The notes under the pieces were generated by a model. That model worked only from the letters and a program-made list of their open reading frames with translations, was not told where the DNA came from and searched no databases. The translations under genes were made by a program, and so were the position numbers. A DNA stretch of 64,000 nucleotides from Eledone cirrhosa (lineage: Eukaryota), in NCBI GenBank assembly GCA_964016885.1, contig OZ024742.1:355632001-355696000 (forward strand), given 5' to 3'. Within the stretch, counting starts at the first letter, position 1, and each line of letters starts with the position of its first letter. Shown here piece after piece: positions 13,901 to 25,704 of the stretch.

Positions 13901-14219
13901 ACGTGTAGGACGGATCCAGCTATCAGCTGAGTCCATCGTGAGGATTGCCCCGCCCCCTTCCTTTAGCCTGGAAGGGCAGGCAGTTTTTATCTGTCTGGTG
14001 GCCATGGCGAAAGAGATAGTATGGTGGACACGTTTGAAAGGGCTGAAGACGAGCACTTACCTCTTCGGTGATGCCCTGATTAACTTTATCAAATTTCATT
14101 TGAAAAGGAAAATCAGGGTAGAGAGGGAAGTGCTCTCTTCCCAGCATTTTGTTGAAAGATGGGTGAGAGAAGCAAGTATTGCCCGAATGAATGGGCCTTC
14201 TCTGAGTATGTGTCTGTAA
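10930..14219 (+). pseudogene. Tx1 ORF2 (APE endonuclease + RT)
   Basis: Motifs SINARGL, SET, VYAP, GDWN, YLDR, TDH; KSPGLDG, DQSKAFDRV, RQGCPLS, YADD, GGLG. Frameshift near 11690, stop near 11835, and a 129-bp in-frame deletion at 13811 relative to T2. Confidence 0.92.
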
Positions 14220-14463
14220 ATTAAAAGTGGAAAACTGGGAGAGGGCACTTGCCCTGGTGGTCAGGGCCACTGTGGTCTTTTAATGGGCTTTCTCCACAAA
14301 TTTCTCTTGGAAGTCTCCCCCCTATTGGGGAATTTTTCTTTGTTATTTTATTTCAACCTCTGTTTTTTTTTACACGCAGAAATGCCCATTTGTACCGTCC
14401 TGTATTGTCCTGTACTGTCCTTAATGTCTACTTTATGTGAACCCTTGTGGTTAATAAAGAAAA

Positions 14464-14464
<1 letters not shown>

Positions 14465-14546
<82 letters not shown>

Positions 14547-14591
14547 TATTATTATTATTATTATTATTATGCTTATTATTATTATTATTAC
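14465..14591. repeat. (ATT)n microsatellite
   Basis: Direct. Other (ATT)n arrays lie at about 1640, 5856, 7810, 8640, 29867, 33817, 38689, 41563 and 47512, always at LINE junctions. Confidence 0.97.
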
Positions 14592-14597
14592 TATACG

Positions 14598-14630
<33 letters not shown>

Positions 14631-14645
14631 GTATATATATATATG

Positions 14646-14760
<115 letters not shown>

Positions 14761-15559
14761 ATATATACATGCTCATGTGTGTGAGTATGTTCCTGTGTAT
14801 GTATGTAGGTAAGTATGTATACACTAGCTACCTATGTCATGAATTCTTTCAACAATCATTTGTTCTCTATAAGTCAAATATTTTGGCAGTATTGTAGACA
14901 ATAAAATATGATGCATGTTTGAATTTCCTAACTGAATCTATATTTTATATAAGAAATCAACTTCTTTTGTGAGCAAGATTAATGGATATCTCAATATATT
15001 TGATTTCTAAATCATGTGAATCCAAAAGAGATGAGATATTTGATGTTCATAAATTTCTAATGAACATAGTTAACAAAACATAAAATAGTGTTGTAAAAAA
15101 TGAATATAGTCCGAGAAGGTTTTAAATAGATTTTCCTGCGATCGAAAAAACATTTAATTCGAAACGGTTATTAATATGAATGCCTGTTCATGACAGTTGT
15201 TCCGGCAAAAGATAAATGGTTATGAAACAAGAAGAACATTGCGGTATTGAATACAAACACATCATTACTGCAATGAAAATTGGAATGTAAAGGTAAAATA
15301 TGACAGATTTACAATAGGTAAGAATATGAAATGAGCTCTTAATATCCTATCTGATTATGGCCAGGTGTGTTTGGTCCTCACTTATAACATTGAACATTAC
15401 ACCCAGAGAAAAGAACAAAATAGCAAACAGAACCATATAATAGAACAGATGTTGTACAAACATAAACTTTAATTCACCAGCGTCTGAAAAAGTAATAACA
15501 CTTTTGTATTTGTACACAGAAATATTACATCTACTTACATACATGCATACATACATACT

Positions 15560-15591
<32 letters not shown>

Positions 15592-16089
15592 TAGATAGAT
15601 AGATATAGATAGATATATATATATATGTGTATGTGTGTGCGTGTGTGCCCGTGCTCGTGTGTGCCCGTGTGTGCCCGTGCGTATGTACGTGTGTGCGTGT
15701 GTGCGTGAGTGTATGTGTTTACATATATATCTAAAAAAGTTGAAGTCATAGTTGCCCCATATGTACAAATTTTCTAGACATATTACTATTGTTTCGATAG
15801 CAATCAGCTCCCGGCGCAATCAATGTGAGGGGGTCCGACTCGTTTTCGATATCTCGTTATATATGCGAACTTATATGTGCAAAGACACATGGTAGAACTT
15901 TATTTGATAAAGTTTGTGATATTAAATCCTGATTTCATTAGAGCAGCACAACTTAATATCATGTTGGTGAATTCCACAAAATGTTCCTTGTATAATTTAT
16001 ATAATTGTGAGTTCCTATCACATATATAACATTAAAAAAAAAACAATATAGAATGTTTTGTACACTGCAAATCAAATCACGTATATATT

Positions 16090-16737
16090 TGACATTGATA
16101 TTAGTGTATATTTCTCGTTGATATTCAGGTAAAATTCTCATTGATAGTCGTGCATAGTTCTCATTGATATTCGTATATAATGTACATTGTTATCGTGTAT
16201 AGTTCTCATTGATATTCGTGTATGGTTCTTATTAATGTTCGTGTATAATTCTCATTGATATCCGTGTATGTTTCTCATTAATATTCATGCATTGTTCTCA
16301 TTTCTATTCGTGTATAATTTTATTTGTTATTCGTGTATAGTTCTCATTGTTATTCGAGTATAATTGTGATTGTTATTCATGCATAGTTCTCATTGCTATT
16401 CGTGTACAGTTCTCATTGCTATTCGTGTACAGTTCTCATTGATATTCGTGTATAGTTCTCATTGATATTCGTGTATGGGTCTCATTGTTATACGTGTATA
16501 ATTTTCTTTGTTATTCGTGTATAATTCTCATTGTTATTCGTGTATAGTTCTCATTGCTATTCGTATATAGTTCTGATTGTTATTCGCGTATAGTTCTCAT
16601 TGATATTCGTGTATAGTTCTCGTTGATATTGGTGTATAGTGTTCATTGTTATTCATGTAGAGTTTTGATTGTTAATCGTGTATAGTAGTTATTGCTTTTG
16701 TGGATAGTTTCATTGTTATTCATGTATAGTTCTCATG
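16090..16737. repeat. 23-bp minisatellite, about 28 degenerate copies
   Basis: Consensus GATATTCGTGTATAGTTCTCATT (e.g. 16441, 16464). Confidence 0.92.
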
Positions 16738-16787
16738 GAAACATATCTCAATGTACGTCCCTAATTTCTCAATATATTTGATTATCT

Positions 16788-16846
16788 CCTTACTATACAG
16801 TGGTCTGCCTTACTATACAGTGGTCTGTCTTACTATACAGTGCTCT
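16788..16846. repeat. 20-bp tandem repeat x3
   Basis: CCTTACTATACAGTGGTCTG x3. Confidence 0.9.
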
Positions 16847-17549
16847 TGAAACATTACTATTTAACCCAAATATGCTGCATACATTCACATATATATCCGG
16901 GCATTGTTCATTATTCATTTTGTATTAAGATAATTGCGTTACTGCTTTTTCAACCATAGCATCTATCGATTTCATTTTCCCGCCGTTGGGATACATATAT
17001 TTACAGTTGAGCAATGGGTACATTACTCATCTAGAAATAAATGTCTATATATCTCATTGAATGAAAGGAGTAAATTGTTCACTATGGAAATGAAGAGAAA
17101 TGCGATGTTATCGCAGATTACTTTACTCTCATTTGCGTTATAAGTTTTCAATTTATTTTTTCCGTTCAATTTCATACCACTTTAATCTCAGATTTTCTCA
17201 CATTGAATCCCAAGGATTTGAATCTCTAACAATAACAATTCATGAAGAACATTAATTTAGAAAACAACGACTTTAAAATGTTTTCTTGGAGAAAAAAACA
17301 TGTTTTATACAGCTTTTGCTATTACGATTTGAAGCTGCTTCCACCTCATCTCTAGTATTCACTCTTCCAACACGTATCCCTCACCATCCTCCGAGAAAAC
17401 CCTCGTCCATTCTGTACGCCGGAGCGGTGGGGTGGCCAGCTCGTGGGTTCAAATTTGCTTATGAGAGATGTGGAGAGTGAGAGAGACAATGAGAATTTGA
17501 TTTCAATATGTTCAGACCTTATATTTATATATATATATATATATATATT

Positions 17550-17895
17550 AGGGAGTGAGGTTTTTTTTTACAAAATTAAAAATAACCGAGGTGTCCTACA
17601 CGAGTGAAAGTATAAAGAAAAAAAGATGAAATCGAAAATGCAACTGTCATATTTTAAAAAATATATATATACTTATTTGGTTCCTTTACCGGTTTCGCAG
17701 TTCTTCTGCTTTTCAAATGTAGAGTTGAGATGCAGGGTCTGTGGTTTTTATCACAGATGTGGGAAAAACCATAGACCCTCCATCTCAACTCTACTTTTGA
17801 AAAGCAGAAGAACTGCGAAACCGGTAAAGGAACCAAATAAATATATATATTTAAAAAAAAAAAGACTCCAGTTGCATTTTCGATTTCATCTTTTT

Positions 17896-17900
<5 letters not shown>
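17550..17900. mobile_element. Fold-back element H1 between (TA)n arrays
   Basis: Arms of about 145 bp (17611-17755 / 17758-17900) around a 2-nt tip; each arm carries a hammerhead motif. Confidence 0.8.
17792..17831 (+). ncRNA. Minimal type-I hammerhead ribozyme, U3-A8 variant
   Basis: ctt-TTGAAAA-GCAG aagaa CTGC-GAAA-CCGG-TA^-aag; a mirror copy lies on the minus strand at about 17682-17722. Confidence 0.7.
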
Positions 17901-17930
<30 letters not shown>

Positions 17931-18644
17931 TATATAACGAAGGAGGTGTGGTAAGGAACCAGATGACCAGATGGACCATAACGCACGACAGTACTCAATA
18001 CTTAGGGTAGTAGAGTGGGTAATAGGAAAATGTTTAACCTAGAGGTTTCCAATTTTCTCCGAAGGCACATAAAATAAAGGGTCGGGGTTAAACATGTTCC
18101 TATATATAAATATATATATATATATATTTGACACTAGTTGAGACGATGTTTAAAATATATGCATTACCCTCCTATCTGTCTAGTCACATAAATATCTCTA
18201 GTATATGTTTAATATCTCAACCTTGCATAAGTGTTTAAAAGAAAAGTCATGCCAACCTATGAGAGTTCTTTGTGTAAGTATTCTCGAAAATCAATCATGA
18301 TCCTGCCTTGGCAAGCTCTCACGGCCTATGATGCGAATTATAGTGTTTCAGAATTCATTGATGAAAATTATGTATAGATTTTTACTGCAGGAATGTAAAT
18401 TCCGCTATTGGTTTTATCATACATTCAGACGTCTGTACGATGAATTATTGTTTTGAAACTCATCGATTTAAATTACATATACATTTCTACGTCAGAAACG
18501 GAAATTCTGTTATTGGTGTTACCATTCGCTTAGAGGTGAGCGACTCAGAGTTAGCTGTAATGGTTGCCATGCCGTATGGAATCAGAAATATCATTAATTT
18601 CATTCATTTAAACTACTAATGACATTGGAAATATTATATATATT

Positions 18645-18823
18645 TGATTCTACTTTTGGCACAAGGCAAACAATTAATCCAGTGTATTACTGGTACTTTA
18701 TTTTATCGACCACTTAAGGATGAAAGGCAAAGTTAACCTCGGCTCGATTTGAACTCAGAATGGCAAGGGGCGTAACTCTATGCGTCAAGTCACGGTGTCC
18801 GACAAGCTACCGATACTGCCAAT
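18645..18823 (-). mobile_element. SINE S1
   Basis: Reverse-complement match to 19389-19580. Confidence 0.75.
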
Positions 18824-19064
18824 ATTACAAAGAACGAAACTCTTCATAAGAACAAGAGAACAATACGATTGGTATGGTTGTGTATTTTCTCTAGTTTGTA
18901 TCAGAAGAAATATCTTTTAGTGACGGGGGTTTGAAAAGTAAATCTATTAATTATGCATATATATACGCACTATGACATAGGGCGGTGGATTTGCAGTATC
19001 GGTAGAGGGTCGGACGCCATGCTTTGCAGCAAAGAGTTACACCTTTTATGGTGTGAGTTCAAGC

Positions 19065-19388
19065 ACGTTTATTTATACAGTTATATTATACAATGTAATA
19101 TGTGTTACACTAGCTGGTTTCTCTAGATATATTTTCATTCGGTAACATATTGTAACATTAGTATGTCCAATATAGGACTTTCTATACTGGATATGAAGTT
19201 TCACGTCTGATCTGTCATAGGAAGATTTGGTGAGAAATGTTTTAATGTACGTGTTTTTGTAATACGTTATTTATACTAACATAGACTTAGCTATGACGTA
19301 TGCTGTGCTCTGTGTGATATGTTTTTATATCTACTAAATAATTCCTATAATGATGAAAGGTGAAAGTCACATTATTTATTTCTATACT
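19065..19388 (+). repeat. Unclassified ~320-bp dispersed repeat (second copy at 48891-49209)
   Basis: Direct colinear similarity, e.g. CTCTAGATATATTTTCATTCGGT and TAGACTTAGCTATGACGTATGCT. Confidence 0.85.
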
Positions 19389-19580
19389 GGGCGGTGAATT
19401 AGCAGTATCGGTAAAGGGTCATACGCCATGCGTTGCAGCAGAAAGTTACGGTCCTTTATGATCTGAGTTCAAATTCCGCCGAGGTTATCTTTGCGTTTCA
19501 TCTTTGCGGGGTCGATAAAATAAAGTACCAGTAATACACTGGGATAACTGCTGGCCTTGTGCCAAATGTAGAAATAATTA
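19389..19580 (+). mobile_element. SINE S1, full length (tRNA head + Nin-like core)
   Basis: A-box-like TAGCAGTATCGG, B-box GAGTTCAAATTCC, core TTTCATC..GGGGTCGATAAAATAAAGTACCAG. Further copies at 18980-19064 and 19868-20045. Confidence 0.8.
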
Positions 19581-20074
19581 TATAGAAAATACCTTCAAGA
19601 AGAAGTGGAATATCGAGTGTTGTTGATTTTGACCCATTGGTCCCATTGGTTCTATATCACTTCGTTGCGTTTAAATGTTATATATTCCTACATGGAGTTG
19701 TATGTAATATTTGAATATATAATCTCAGTTGAAGGAATATTGGGAATGCTTTACATATGTGAGACCCTAACGTGTAACATATTTTTTGGCACCTACAAGT
19801 ATACCCATGGCAACGTAAAGACTTTATATGAGGCAGATAATGACTAATTATTATTGTAATCAAAGCACTATCGGTAGAGGGGCGGACGCCATACTTTGCA
19901 GCAAAGAGTTACGGCCCTTTATGATCTGAGTTCAGATCCCGCCGAGGTTAACTTTACCTTTCATTCCTACGGGGTTAATGAAATAAAGTACGAGTAACTT
20001 ACTGGGATAATTGCTGGCCTTGTGCCAATAGTCGAAACAATTATTGTAATAAAACACATTGTAATACAACTTCT

Positions 20075-20398
20075 TCTGGCACAACGTCTGTTACGACGAC
20101 GAGTGTTCCAGTTGATAAAATCAACGGAACAGACTGCTCATGAAATTAATGTGCAAGTGACTGAGCATTCCACAGATACGCGTTCGGTTATCGTAGTTCT
20201 CGGGGAGATTCAGTGTAATTCAGAATGTGACATGGCTGACTCTTCGAATTAGTGGTACAACTCATTTTTGACAGCTGATTGGACTGGAGACAAGTGAAAT
20301 AAAGTATCTTACTCAAGGAAACAATGCTCCGCTGGGAAGCAAACATATGAGCTCACGATTGTGAGCGGAATACCCTAACCACAAATCCACGCACCTTC
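20075..20398 (-). mobile_element. tRNA-derived SINE family S2
   Basis: Reverse-complement match to 61835-62158. Confidence 0.7.
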
Positions 20399-22283
20399 AG
20401 ACTACGACCTCTAAGCACATGTTATATATTTATGCTCTGTCTTTAGCTGATAAGAGCTCCATTAAATATATTTACACAGACAATACTCTATAAGTTGATT
20501 ATATGTAATTTCACATACCTTTAATGCAATATTGCTTAAGAAAATTGTGGTTTATGAATCGTTTAATTTCCGAAGGCTAGTGAACATCGATGTAATTATC
20601 GCCAGTTATAGTGAGGTCATCGACATTGTCAAGATCAACTGTACGCCTGCTGTATTCTGTCGTCTTCAAGGCCGGCTCCGGTCTAGGTTAAATATGTATC
20701 TAGTCACAAAGACTAGGCTTGAATACACTATCTTTCTATATGATTACAGTATCTTTCTAACGTGACCAATGAGAGCGCTAGATATTCGCAACCTAGAAAA
20801 TATTTTTCACCAAATAATTCATGCATTGACATTTATACTTAATTTCGAAATTCCTCCATTGTTGCCGCATTGATTGTTTTCATCAACTCAATTCAAATAG
20901 CACCTCTGTTGGCTTCATCACGCACTTCACTACCCTAGCGATAATGAAAACGGCTAAATTGAAAACGTGGTTTGATATGATAAAGTTAGATTTGGTCCAC
21001 GCATAGCTTGCATTTGATGGTGAAATCATGAATGGGTGTCAATACCGTATCTAACATCTTTCATTACCGTAAAGAACATTTTCTATTCGAGATGCTATAA
21101 ATACCTTGGTTGGTGCCGGCTCAACCCATCCTCTGTGATTGCTTACACAATTTCAAATAATTAAAGAATGCTAATGAGATAAGTAAACATTTACCTCAAA
21201 CTGAGCAGAGCAGTGCAATACCGCATTAGTCGTATGCGTATAGCATTAGAAGAAAACAGGCAGATTTGAGAGGGAACAAACTAAGTTGTTTCTGGGTTTT
21301 CTCATCAATTTATGGTCTAATCAGATAATAAAGGGAATTGAAATTTTAAATAAAGGGAAATGGGTATAAACTAGAATCAACACGGAGTTTTTAGGTAGTC
21401 TAGTCAATGCTTTGTACGGCGTCAATAGAGTTATCATCCCATTATATTATTATTATAATTCGATACAATATTCACGAATGCATTTACGAATCCGCTATGT
21501 TATTTTGTTATTTAGAAATTAGTTTGTTTTAACTAATTAGAATTCTGTAAACTTTAATAAAGTATTGAATGGGAATTTTAATGTGTATGCATTTCCAAGT
21601 GTACTTAGTGAAAATGAAGTGAACTTCCATTATGAGAGACAGTTAATAAAGCCACGCTCTCGACTGCCCGTAGCTAACCACAAACTCTAAAAAAGGATAT
21701 TGTTAACTAAAGGCAATATATATGTGATAATTATAATTTTGTGATTTTAATTAGAATCTATAATATTTAGTAAAGTTTCCTATCAGTAAATATTTATCCT
21801 TTCACATTTAATCATTGACTCTTATATCGAATTTACGATCTGTTTATATTTGAGAGAAAAGAAAATATTTTAAAACTGTAATAAAACACAATAGGAGAAA
21901 ATTGCAATAGCTATCCTGGAGGTTAAACAAGGAAAGCGTGATATTAAGAGATAACAACTGCACTCATAGAGGTTATGACATTATTAAATATATTAATAAA
22001 ATAGTTCCTAGCTCTTCCATAATGTTATAATTGTTCTAGAGGTAAAGTAATTAAAATTCTCATTACATTTTATGACATCAATTTCCATCCATATATTTAG
22101 AGAAAAGAAAACAATAATTAAATAAGTTGATTAATAAATGAAATATATAAAACTTTAAACTGTCGTCGCACACTAAAGATAGATTACAGAGGCACCTAGA
22201 GTTATAGCAGTTATTTACATGATGGAATACATAAATATGCACAGACTGACACCAATAAATACACATACACTGATATATATATA

Positions 22284-23311
22284 TATAGTGAAAGAATGAA
22301 GAGGTTAGCGCTTTATCTAGGGTGACTGGGGATATGAAGGAGTAGTAGTAATTAATGTCAATCTGTACGAAGTTGGATGTTTCCCTACTGTCTTTTTGCT
22401 GAACCAGTCTATTGCTTAGGAATACGTACCATCACACCGCTATTAGCTCTCAAACAGCCGACCAGTCACTAGGTCATACATCTCTTAACATCTCTTTCAC
22501 CCTCACTCCCTGAAACCAAATCAACCCCATTAAGACAAGACAATCAGCAAAACATTTACTGCACTCACTTGTCAAAGAAAAACCTTCACCATCGACCCTT
22601 AACCCTTGGGTCTCATACTTGTTTCTCCCACTTAATTTCTAATTTATTGCTTTTTCTTTTATCTGTCATTTGTTACTACCTCACATCCTCTACACGTATC
22701 TATGTATGTTTCGAATATAGTTTTTCATGTTAGCACTAAACCAACCACAACATCCTTATACAGACACTTACTCACCACGACCACTACCATATGCTCTACT
22801 TATAAGCTCTAACTTATCTTTATTTCCTTATATTTCTGCTATTTTTCCATTTTCTTACTTTTTTAATGTATCTTTTTTCTTACTTTTTACTTTTTACATC
22901 TGTAACTTCTTTACCAATTTATCATAGATTTTATTATTGCTTTTATTGTTTTGATTCTACGCTATTTCACTCGATATATATATCACGCCATGAATGAATT
23001 ATTTGGATTCTGAAGATTTGATCAGAAGTAAATAATCTAATAGAGACCGAGTGACGCAACTTCGAGCGATTTGCGGCCTCTAGACACACCTGATCAAGGA
23101 AACAATTGTTAAAATCTGAACTAAAGCCCCTTGTTGTACAGCCAACCATGTTACTCTTCATTCTTTCACTATTATTACTCCAAGTATAACCTACACAGGA
23201 GTTCACGCGAACTCGCTGGCTAACTATGGAAGCCGTACGTTAAAACTATCCAGGACACAGAGTACTCACAACCTCTGACTGCATTACCTATAACGATAAC
23301 TTGTTATCCCA
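22284..23311 (+). mobile_element. Probable 5'-truncated Penelope-like element end (H2) between (TA)n arrays
   Basis: Very decayed GIY-YIG-like peptide (NLYEVGC..YC...E.TS..LR...HH.AI, needs frameshifts), T-rich UTR, hammerhead, and a 19-bp inverted piece (22284-22302 = rc of 23154-23172). Confidence 0.5.
23002..23120 (+). ncRNA. Type-I hammerhead-like motif with large helix II insertion
   Basis: tttggatt-CTGAAGA-tTTGATCAG...CTGATCAAg-GAAAC AATT GTT^-aa-aatctgaa. Confidence 0.6.
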
Positions 23312-23315
23312 TATG

Positions 23316-24002
<687 letters not shown>

Positions 24003-24006
<4 letters not shown>

Positions 24007-25704
24007 AATTAATATATCTACCGACATATGTATACAGATGCATACCTACGCCAGCAGATATATATGTTCTGTCTTAGTAACTTTGTAGTTCAATGCAGGG
24101 GAATGCAGAACAATTATATGAAAGACGTAAATAAGAAAGTTATGAAAATTGACTTACTTACTAGAATTTCACTCCAACTAATTAGTTTCTGTAAGGGGAT
24201 ATATACAGTTACGTAATACCTGTAGAGAAGCCTTACGTCATCGGGGAGTCTATTCTCAGCTAAGCCACCAGGCAATGCGGGGACACTGGAAGCTTATATA
24301 ACAATAATTCTGTGGATGGAAAAAAGCGAAAAAGTCGAGCGGGGCTAGATTCTAAGCACTGAAAAATTCGCTGCCTCCTTGGTCAAATGGCAAATTCAAA
24401 AGAATTAATCACGTGACACTGAGGTTAACCAGCTTGGAGTGGGGTGCTATTAAGACAGAGCCTAGCTACTACTATCAGTCACAGTAGTAATTTGGCAAAT
24501 TTTGCTCAACAAATAATTTGGAGAAGAATATAAGAATTAATATATCTACCGACATATGTATACAGATGCATACCTACGCTAGCAGATATATATGTTCTGT
24601 CTTAGTAACTTTGTAGTTCAATGCAGGGGAATGCAGAACAATTATATGAAAGACGTAAATAAGAAAGTTATGAATATTGACTTACTTACTAAAATTTCAC
24701 TCCAACTAATTAGTTTCTGTAAGGAGATAAATACAGTTACGTAATACCTATCGAGAAACATTACGTCATCAGGGAGTCTATTCTCAGCTAAGCCACCAGG
24801 CAATGCCGGGACACTGGAAGCTTATATAACAATAATCACGTGACACTGAGGTTAACCAGCTTGGAGTGGGGGTGCTATTAAGACAGAGCCTAGCTACTAC
24901 TATCATTCACAGTAGTAATTTGGCAAATTTTGCTCAAATCTGCTCCAAATTATTTGTTGAGCAAAATTTGCCAAATTACTACTGTGACTGATAGTAGTAG
25001 CTAGGCTCTGTCTTAATAGCACCCCCACTCCAAGCTGGTTAACCTCAGTGTCACGGGATTAATTCTTTTGAATTTGCCACTTGATCAAGGAGGCAGCGAA
25101 ATTTTCAGTGCTTAGAATCTAGCCCCGCTCGATTTTTTCGCTTCTTTCCATCCACTGAATTATTGTGATATAAGCTTCCACTGTCCCCACATTGCCCGGT
25201 GGCTTAGCTGAGAATAGACTACCTGATGACGTAAGGCTTCTCTACAGGTATTACGTAACTGTATTTATCCCCTTACAGAAACTAATTAGTTGGAGTGAAA
25301 TTTTAGTAAGTAAGTCAGTTTTCATAACTTTCTTATTTACGTCTTTCATATAATTTTTCTGCATCCCCCTGCATAGAACCACAAAGTTACTAAGACAAAA
25401 CATATATATCTGCTGGCGTAGGTATGCATCTGTATACATATGTCCGTAGATATATTAATTCTTACATTCTTCTCCAAATTATTTGTTGAGCAAAATTTGC
25501 GAAATTACTACTGTGACTGATAGTAGTAGCTAGGCTCTGTCTTAATAGCACCCCCACTCCAAGCTGATTAACCTCAGTGTCACGTGATTAATTCTTTTGA
25601 ATTTGCCACTTGACCAAGGAGGCAGCGAATGTTTCAGTGCTTAGAATCTAGCCCCGCTCGATTTTTTCGCTTTTTTCCATCCACTGAATTATTGTTATAT
25701 AAGC
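24003..25704. mobile_element. Fold-back tandem element H4, ~528-bp unit
   Basis: Minus arm 24003-24937 (about 2 units, one ~100-bp deletion); plus arm 24943-25704 (about 1.4 units); starts at (TA)n; right end fused to a broken family B copy. Confidence 0.88.
25218..25296 (+). ncRNA. Type-I hammerhead ribozyme with extended helix II (H4)
   Basis: Consensus ACTCC-CTGATGA-cGTAAGG...CCTTACa-GAAAC TAATTA GTT^-GGAGT. Minus copies at 24171-24249 and 24699-24777. Confidence 0.72.

Larger units (their letters stand above)
8695..14464 (+). mobile_element. Tx1/L1-clade LINE copy T1, full length
   Basis: 5'UTR, ORF1 with CCHC knuckle, ORF2 APE+RT, 3'UTR ending near AATAAA; (ATT)n on both sides; same termini as 41637-47511. 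Confidence 0.93.

Noticed and set aside
16090-16737. 23-bp periodic array as CRISPR-like
   Set aside because: Contiguous degenerate units with no spacers; an ordinary minisatellite in eukaryotic DNA.
20600-21260. Possible DNA-transposon remnant (KCKLC on minus)
   Set aside because: Too decayed; no supporting motifs or termini found.
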